DNA of 9,872 nt from a virus (lineage: Duplodnaviria > Heunggongvirae > Uroviricota > Caudoviricetes): the IMG/VR virus record IMGVR_UViG_2671180724_000011; one strand, written 5' to 3'. Within the stretch, counting starts at the first letter, position 1, and every line of letters starts with the position of its first letter. Below, one piece after another: positions 1 through 4,025 of this stretch. The translations under genes and the position numbers were made by a program. The notes beneath the pieces were generated by a model. It made no database searches, had not been told where the DNA came from, and was given only the letters and a program-made list of their open reading frames with translations.

Positions 1-183
1 AACGACAGGCTATCTATGAACCAGCTACCTCGCCGTGCGCTTTCGCGTTATGGTCTGACTTTTCAGGGAAATATCCTTTCAGTAAACTGTCAATGCCGGA
101 TGCTCACCCGTGTCCGGCGCACGCACTCCACCTCACCCGTGGAGAACTCCTTAATTACTAACCTTAGCTTTGTTGATTAGCTA

Positions 184-402
184 CTAACGCGGGTATGTAA
201 TCATTCTGGCAATGCTTAATGCCGCTGCTTTTTCCAGATTGGTGATATCCTGCTCCAGAGCGGACAGATTTTCAGCCTGCTTAGCTCTGGCTTCATTGGC
301 CCATTTCAGATCCTGCGCTGCATTAATTTTCTGGTGCATCCACTCATAAAGTTCATCATCGGTATAGTCTGGCGCGATGATGACGGGTTCTCGTTTCTGC
401 AT
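184..402 (-). CDS. ydfC: small prophage protein, YdfC-like (72 aa); distal gene of leftward dicB-type operon
   Basis: 219-nt ORF in the six-frame track; GAGGAA about 7 nt upstream of the ATG at 402; size and 29-nt gap to the upstream gene match my recollection of the K-12 Qin ydfA-ydfB-ydfC cluster. Name from memory, not from a search. Confidence 0.7.
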   Translation of the reverse strand: MQKREPVIIAPDYTDDELYEWMHQKINAAQDLKWANEARAKQAENLSALEQDITNLEKAAALSIARMITYPR

Positions 403-431
403 ACTGATTCCTCGCGGTGCTGTTTCGCTTA

Positions 432-560
432 TCAGCCGTTAGATTTTGCCGAACTGGAAAGCGCCTGTTTAAATTCGTTGAAGCTGAGAGCTTCTTCGCC
501 TTCGGCAAGACCTTCGAAGTATTCTTCGTAAGCCTTTTCCATGATTGTGTCGAAATCCAT
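432..560 (-). CDS. ydfB: small prophage protein, YdfB-like (42 aa, MDFDTIMEKAYEEYFEGLAEGEEALSFNEFKQALSSSAKSNG)
   Basis: Not in the ORF track (below its size cutoff). Found by reading the minus strand: ATG at 560-558 with AGGTGA upstream, TGA stop at 434-432; starts 1 nt after the stop of the upstream gene; 129 nt as I recall for K-12 ydfB. Confidence 0.6.
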   Translation of the reverse strand: MDFDTIMEKAYEEYFEGLAEGEEALSFNEFKQALSSSAKSNG

Positions 561-561
561 A

Positions 562-717
562 TCACTCACCTGAGTTTCTTTCCAGCCAGCGACGGGCACC
601 ATTTTCGGTTTTAAACGTTTTGCTTTTGGTATACGTCATCGCGGTGAACGTACCGTCCTGGTTGGGAAACACGCCGTACACCAGAGATTCGTTGTTGCCA
701 AGATCGATAGTATCCAT
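562..717 (-). CDS. ydfA: small prophage protein, YdfA-like (51 aa, MDTIDLGNNESLVYGVFPNQDGTFTAMTYTKSKTFKTENGARRWLERNSGE)
   Basis: Internal ATG at 717-715 preceded by GAGG 4-5 nt upstream; the track ORF extends to an ATG at 798 (78 aa) that also has a GAGG upstream, so the start is ambiguous; the 156-nt version matches the size I recall for K-12 ydfA. Confidence 0.65.
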   Translation of the reverse strand: MDTIDLGNNESLVYGVFPNQDGTFTAMTYTKSKTFKTENGARRWLERNSGE

Positions 718-900
718 GTTGACCTCATTTCCCCTTAACGCCGGGGTAGCGGAACAAAAACCTGCTGCATAGTTATTAAAGTTGAACCCTGCCGTCATGT
801 TCTTACGCCTCGGGCTGGCTACTTAACCCCTGACCACTGCCTGGTAACTCGAAGTATTGCCCTGCATTCTGTGGGGTGGGGTGGGTTGGTATGAAAGGAA

Positions 901-918
901 GGATACCCATGGGTATCC
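901..918. promoter_or_regulatory. operator: perfect 18-bp palindrome GGATACCCATGGGTATCC (left operator site 1)
   Basis: Sequence is its own reverse complement; lies between the repressor gene 3' end and the leftward small-gene operon; same core recurs at 928-941 and degenerately at 1437-1450 and 1462-1475. Confidence 0.6.
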
Positions 919-927
919 AAAAAGTAA

Positions 928-941
928 ATACCCATGGGTAA
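928..941. promoter_or_regulatory. operator: ATACCCATGGGTAA, 13/14 palindromic (left operator site 2)
   Basis: Near-identical core to 903-916; centre-to-centre spacing to site 1 is 25 bp. Confidence 0.55.
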
Positions 942-982
942 TTTTTTGATGTGTCTTAACTGGTGACTGGTTGTTTGGTGAG

Positions 983-1402
983 TTATGATGCGTTTTGTGC
1001 TTTCTTTTTACGGATTTCTTCGTAGATCATATTGTAATACTGTTTTTTCTCTTCAAGAGTTTTTAATAAGTTATCCGCTTCACTTTCTGGCAGTTCGTCT
1101 AAGAGATCTAAAAAAATACGTTGTCGTGGCGTTAGAACCCTTGTTTCATAATTGGAGGCTGTGTTCGTTGATGATGAAACGATACCATCCATCCATCCCC
1201 GGGGTAACCCAAAGGACTCTTCTATAATCTCCACCATATCATCAGCGATCCGTTTTTTTCCTTTTTTCCCCTCTGGGTACAACATTCTTGATACATAAGA
1301 AGGCTCGCGACCGATCTTTCTGGCCACGTTAACCGCTTTACCATCGCATTTCTCATCACGAATTTTGATGAGTTGTTGTCGTCTAAATTCATATTTGTCC
1401 AT
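983..1402 (-). CDS. prophage repressor, CI/DicA-like HTH (XRE family), 139 aa from ATG at 1402
   Basis: Minus-strand ORF; product has an HTH-like N-terminal half and a C-terminal LTPRQRIFLDLLDELPESEADN segment reminiscent of DicA-type repressors; divergent from a cro-like gene with operators on both sides. The track's 153-aa version begins at a TTG (1444); the first ATG is 1402 and has no Shine-Dalgarno, consistent with a leaderless repressor mRNA. Confidence 0.8.
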   Translation of the reverse strand: MDKYEFRRQQLIKIRDEKCDGKAVNVARKIGREPSYVSRMLYPEGKKGKKRIADDMVEIIEESFGLPRGWMDGIVSSSTNTASNYETRVLTPRQRIFLDLLDELPESEADNLLKTLEEKKQYYNMIYEEIRKKKAQNAS

Positions 1403-1436
1403 AGGTAAATAATAGATGCGATTACCGCAAGGTAAA

Positions 1437-1478
1437 CAACCCAAGGGTATTGACTTTTGTTTACCTGTGGGTATTCTT
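1437..1478 (+). promoter_or_regulatory. right operator/promoter region: two degenerate operator sites (CAACCCAAGGGTAT 1437-1450; TTACCTGTGGGTAT 1462-1475) overlapping a candidate -35 TTGACT (1451-1456) and -10 TATTCT (1473-1478)
   Basis: Each site matches 11/14 to the left-operator core; centres 25 bp apart, same as the left pair; -35/-10 with a 16-nt spacer lie about 25 nt upstream of the cro-like AAGGAG/ATG. Confidence 0.45.
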
Positions 1479-1502
1479 TGCTGTGTTTACTAAGGAGTAG
1501 CT

Positions 1503-1784
1503 ATGGAAGAATTAAGAATATTTCTCAATTCTCTTTCGTCAGATGAACAGCGTATGTTTGCATGTGAGTGTGGTACTAGCATCGGTTATCTAAGAAAGGC
1601 ATTGAGTAAAGGTCAAATGTTAGGGGCATCGTTATGTGTCCTTATTGAGCGAGCCAGTAATGGTGAAGTTACACGTCAGCAACTAAGGCCTTTTGATTGG
1701 ATGAATATTTGGCCCGAGCTGGAAGATACCAAAACGTTAACACAACCACTTACTAGGAGCTTGATTCATGAAAATCAAGCATGA
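1503..1784 (+). CDS. Cro/YdaS-like small HTH regulator (93 aa)
   Basis: ATG at 1503 with AAGGAG 6 nt upstream; divergent from the repressor; the IERASNGEVTRQQLRPFDW segment resembles YdaS/Cro-family proteins as I recall them. Confidence 0.75.
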   Translation: MEELRIFLNSLSSDEQRMFACECGTSIGYLRKALSKGQMLGASLCVLIERASNGEVTRQQLRPFDWMNIWPELEDTKTLTQPLTRSLIHENQA

Positions 1785-2193
1785 ACACATCCGCATGGCG
1801 ATGAATGCCTGGGCGCGTCCTGATGGCGAAAAAGTTCCAGCAGCTGGAATAACCCAGGCTTATTTTGAGTTGGGTATGACGTTTCCTGAACTGTATGACG
1901 ACAGCCATCCGGAAGCCCTGGCTCGCAATACCCAGAAAATTTTCCGCTGGGTAGAGAAAGACACCCCTGATGCAGTTGAAAAAATTCAGGCGTTGTTACC
2001 AGCGATCGAAAAGGCAATGCCACCTTTGCTGGTGGCCAGAATGCGCAGCCACAGTTCAGCTTATTTTCGGGAGTTGGTGGAGACGCGGGAGCGACTGGTG
2101 AGAGACGCTGATGATTTTGTCGCAGTGGCAATCGCCGGTTTCAATCAGATGAACCGTGGTGGCCCGGCAGGAAATGCTGTGGCAGTACATTGA
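1768..2193 (+). CDS. YdaT-like protein (141 aa), the cII-position gene of Rac-type prophages
   Basis: ATG at 1768 with AGGAG 7 nt upstream; overlaps the upstream gene by 17 nt (translational coupling); N-terminus MKIKHEHI and ~140 aa length match my recollection of Rac YdaT. Confidence 0.75.
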   Translation: MKIKHEHIRMAMNAWARPDGEKVPAAGITQAYFELGMTFPELYDDSHPEALARNTQKIFRWVEKDTPDAVEKIQALLPAIEKAMPPLLVARMRSHSSAYFRELVETRERLVRDADDFVAVAIAGFNQMNRGGPAGNAVAVH

Positions 2194-2264
2194 CTGACAA
2201 TAGCCATATCGAATCGCTTCCGGCAATTCGTGAGTAAAAAGATTCGGTATCAGAAGAGGTGAGT

Positions 2265-2423
2265 ATGGCTAACGCCTGGCTCAGATTATGGCATGACATG
2301 CCAAATGACCCTAAGTGGCGAACAATTGCCAGGGTGTCAGGGCAGCCAATTGCAACAGTGATGGCAGTGTATATCCACGCTCCTGGTGAGCGCGTCACGA
2401 AATGTCACGCGAGGTCACATTGA
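2265..2423 (+). CDS. N-terminal segment of replication initiator / replisome-organizer-like protein (52 codons), out of frame with the downstream ORF
   Basis: ATG at 2265 with GAGGTGAG just upstream; MANAWLRLWHDMPNDPKWRTIARVSGQPIATVMAVYIH resembles N-termini of phage replication-initiator proteins; ends at TGA 2421-2423 inside the first iteron cluster. Confidence 0.5.
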   Translation: MANAWLRLWHDMPNDPKWRTIARVSGQPIATVMAVYIHAPGERVTKCHARSH

Positions 2424-3336
2424 TGTCACGACAGAAGATTTGGCAAGTGCGCTCGACGTGACAGAAGAGGTAATTGATTCAATTTTGCAGACGATGCAGG
2501 GGCGGGTACTTGATGGTGATTTAATCACTGGATGGGAAAAACGCCAGGTGCTTAAAGAGGACAACGGCAATATTTCGCAAACCGCAAAATCTCCGGCAGA
2601 GCGCAAGAGGGCGCAGCGTGAGAGGGAAAGAAAGCGGGAACAAAATGGCGATTGTCACGGCGCGTCACGAAATGTCACGCACATGTCACGACGAGTCACG
2701 ACAGATAAAGATACAGATAGAGATACAGATAAAGAAGATCAAAACACTATGGTCCATGGCGTAAAAAACGCCACGAACCATGTAGGGGATGTTCAGACCG
2801 TCACTCCTGGCCAGCCCGCAGGCACGACACCGGAAGCCGATTCAGCGTATGCGCTGAAAGCCGATTCGGGCGCTGTGCAGCAGGCGATGACCGCTGGGCC
2901 GGAGCAATCACACCAACTGCAGCAGCCTGAAGCCGATTCCGCCATTCAGCGGGAAGCCGATCGGGTAGTCCCGGAAAACACCGGGCAGCCTGTGGGACGA
3001 GTGGATTATCCGGATGTGTTCGAACAGGTCTGGCGGGAATACCCGTTACGAGCCGGGGCAAACCCGAAGAAATCCGCTTTCAGTGCCTGGAAGGCCAGAT
3101 TACGCGAGGGGGTGCCACCAGAGGCCATGCTGGATGGTGTAAGGCGTTACACAAGATACCTGGCTGCTACCGGGAAAACGGGAACGGAATTTGTTCAGCG
3201 AGCGACGACGTTTTTTGGACCGGACCGGAATTTTGAAAACCCCTGGTTGCTCCCGGTAAGCGGCACGAACAACCAGCGTTGTGTTAATCATATTTCTGAA
3301 CCGGACACCGAAATTCCGCCGGGATTCAGAGGGTAA
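2386..3336 (+). CDS. replication initiator protein, main body (316 codons from GTG at 2386; probably continuous with 2265-2423 via a frameshift)
   Basis: Long ORF whose frame is open from 2362; no convincing RBS at the GTG; contains both iteron clusters in the same frame, an Asp-rich hexamer-repeat stretch, and a C-terminal FEQVWREYPLRAGANPKKSAFSAWKARL-type segment seen in phage replication proteins. Confidence 0.65.
   Translation: MSASRNVTRGHIDVTTEDLASALDVTEEVIDSILQTMQGRVLDGDLITGWEKRQVLKEDNGNISQTAKSPAERKRAQRERERKREQNGDCHGASRNVTHMSRRVTTDKDTDRDTDKEDQNTMVHGVKNATNHVGDVQTVTPGQPAGTTPEADSAYALKADSGAVQQAMTAGPEQSHQLQQPEADSAIQREADRVVPENTGQPVGRVDYPDVFEQVWREYPLRAGANPKKSAFSAWKARLREGVPPEAMLDGVRRYTRYLAATGKTGTEFVQRATTFFGPDRNFENPWLLPVSGTNNQRCVNHISEPDTEIPPGFRG
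2394..2430. repeat. iteron cluster 1: four GTCAC(G/A) hexamers at 2394, 2404, 2414, 2425
   Basis: 10-11 bp phasing (one helical turn); about 45 bp near-identical to cluster 2. Confidence 0.7.
2654..2700. repeat. iteron cluster 2: five GTCACG hexamers at 2654, 2664, 2674, 2685, 2695; candidate origin of replication inside the initiator gene
   Basis: 10/10/11/10 bp phasing; immediately followed by AGATAN hexamer repeats; arrangement analogous to lambda ori inside gene O. Confidence 0.7.
2703..2732. repeat. five tandem AGATAN hexamers (AT-rich stretch adjacent to iterons; encodes a DKDTDRDTDK repeat)
   Basis: AGATA at 2703, 2709, 2715, 2721, 2727. Confidence 0.6.
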
Positions 3337-3373
3337 CAGATTTCAGGTCATGGGGTAATTTTCAGGAGGGCTT

Positions 3374-3649
3374 GTGGCAAAAGTTTTTACTCCCGAACTG
3401 CGGGAAGAAGTGAAGGCGCGCATTGTGGAACTGGTACGCAGAGATGGGCGAAAAACGCGTAAACAACTGGAAAATGAAACCGGGGCGACGAGACACCTGA
3501 TAGAAGTTCTGGTGAAAGAGCTGGTAGTTAGTGGCGCAGTATATGGTTCAGGACATGGAATATTTCCTTCGGAGCAGGCTCGTAAGGACTGGGGAAAAGC
3601 CCGCAAAAAAAATGTCGAGAGCGGCAGTGAAAAAGAAGAGCGACCCTGA
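3374..3649 (+). CDS. hypothetical protein (91 aa, GTG start), likely the N-terminal part of a gene interrupted at an A8 run
   Basis: AGGAGGG 4 nt upstream of GTG 3374; ORF stops shortly after the A8 homopolymer at 3605-3612. Confidence 0.5.
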   Translation: MAKVFTPELREEVKARIVELVRRDGRKTRKQLENETGATRHLIEVLVKELVVSGAVYGSGHGIFPSEQARKDWGKARKKNVESGSEKEERP

Positions 3650-3782
3650 CCTGATTTATTCATTGCTAGATGGCGAAATACGCCGTTACAACAGACGACA
3701 GAATATAATTTGTCGCGAGTGTCGTCAGAGCGAAGTTATGCAGCGCATACTGGAATTTTATCAGGGAAATGTTCGGTATTAA
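3612..3782 (+). CDS. hypothetical protein, C-terminal part (MSRAAVKKKSDPDLIYSLLDGEIRRYNRRQNIICRECRQSEVMQRILEFYQGNVRY); probably fused to 3374-3649 in an intact allele
   Basis: Other frame is open from 3531 and overlaps the 3374 ORF; removing one A from the A8 run joins the two frames into one ORF of about 136 aa. Confidence 0.4.
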   Translation: MSRAAVKKKSDPDLIYSLLDGEIRRYNRRQNIICRECRQSEVMQRILEFYQGNVRY

Positions 3783-3927
3783 TTGAAGTGACGAAATTAA
3801 AGAGCATTAGTTCAGATATTAATTGACACTTCGATGGCACAGGCCCAGACCTAGTCTGGTTGTCAGCTTTGAGCTAGGTGAACGTTGGTATCGTTAGTTT
3901 GTATTAATCAACGGAGAATAGGCCAAA

Positions 3928-3958
3928 TGACTTTTCTTTGCCTCTTTTAATTATAATT
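3928..3958 (+). promoter_or_regulatory. candidate promoter for the large cargo gene inside the AT-rich spacer (-10 TATAAT 3953-3958; weak -35 TGACTT 3928-3933)
   Basis: Consensus -10 hexamer; the -35 is weak and the spacer is about 19 nt, so this is tentative. Confidence 0.25.
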
Positions 3959-4025
3959 CAAGTTCAATTGATTACATTGAAGTACTAATGTGAGTCCGTC
4001 AAACAAATAGCTCAAGGAATAGGTC

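Noticed and set aside
334-772. Overlapping small ORFs 334-531 (+), 356-565 (-), 417-614 (+), 545-772 (+)
   Set aside because: They overlap or are antisense to the compact, RBS-preceded ydfC/ydfB/ydfA-like genes whose sizes and spacing fit a known arrangement; no independent start signals.
2394-2700. Possibility that the GTCACG repeat clusters are a CRISPR array
   Set aside because: Repeats are 6 bp with 4-5 bp spacers at helical phasing inside a coding region; this is an iteron geometry, not the 25-40 bp repeat/spacer pattern of CRISPR.
985-3663. Antisense or embedded ORFs in the regulatory and replication genes (985-1227 +, 1775-2131 -, 2141-2398 -, 2415-2606 -, 2801-3061 -, 3100-3291 -, 3343-3663 -)
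   Set aside because: Each lies opposite or inside a longer gene with a good RBS and recognisable product; translations are low-complexity and lack start signals.
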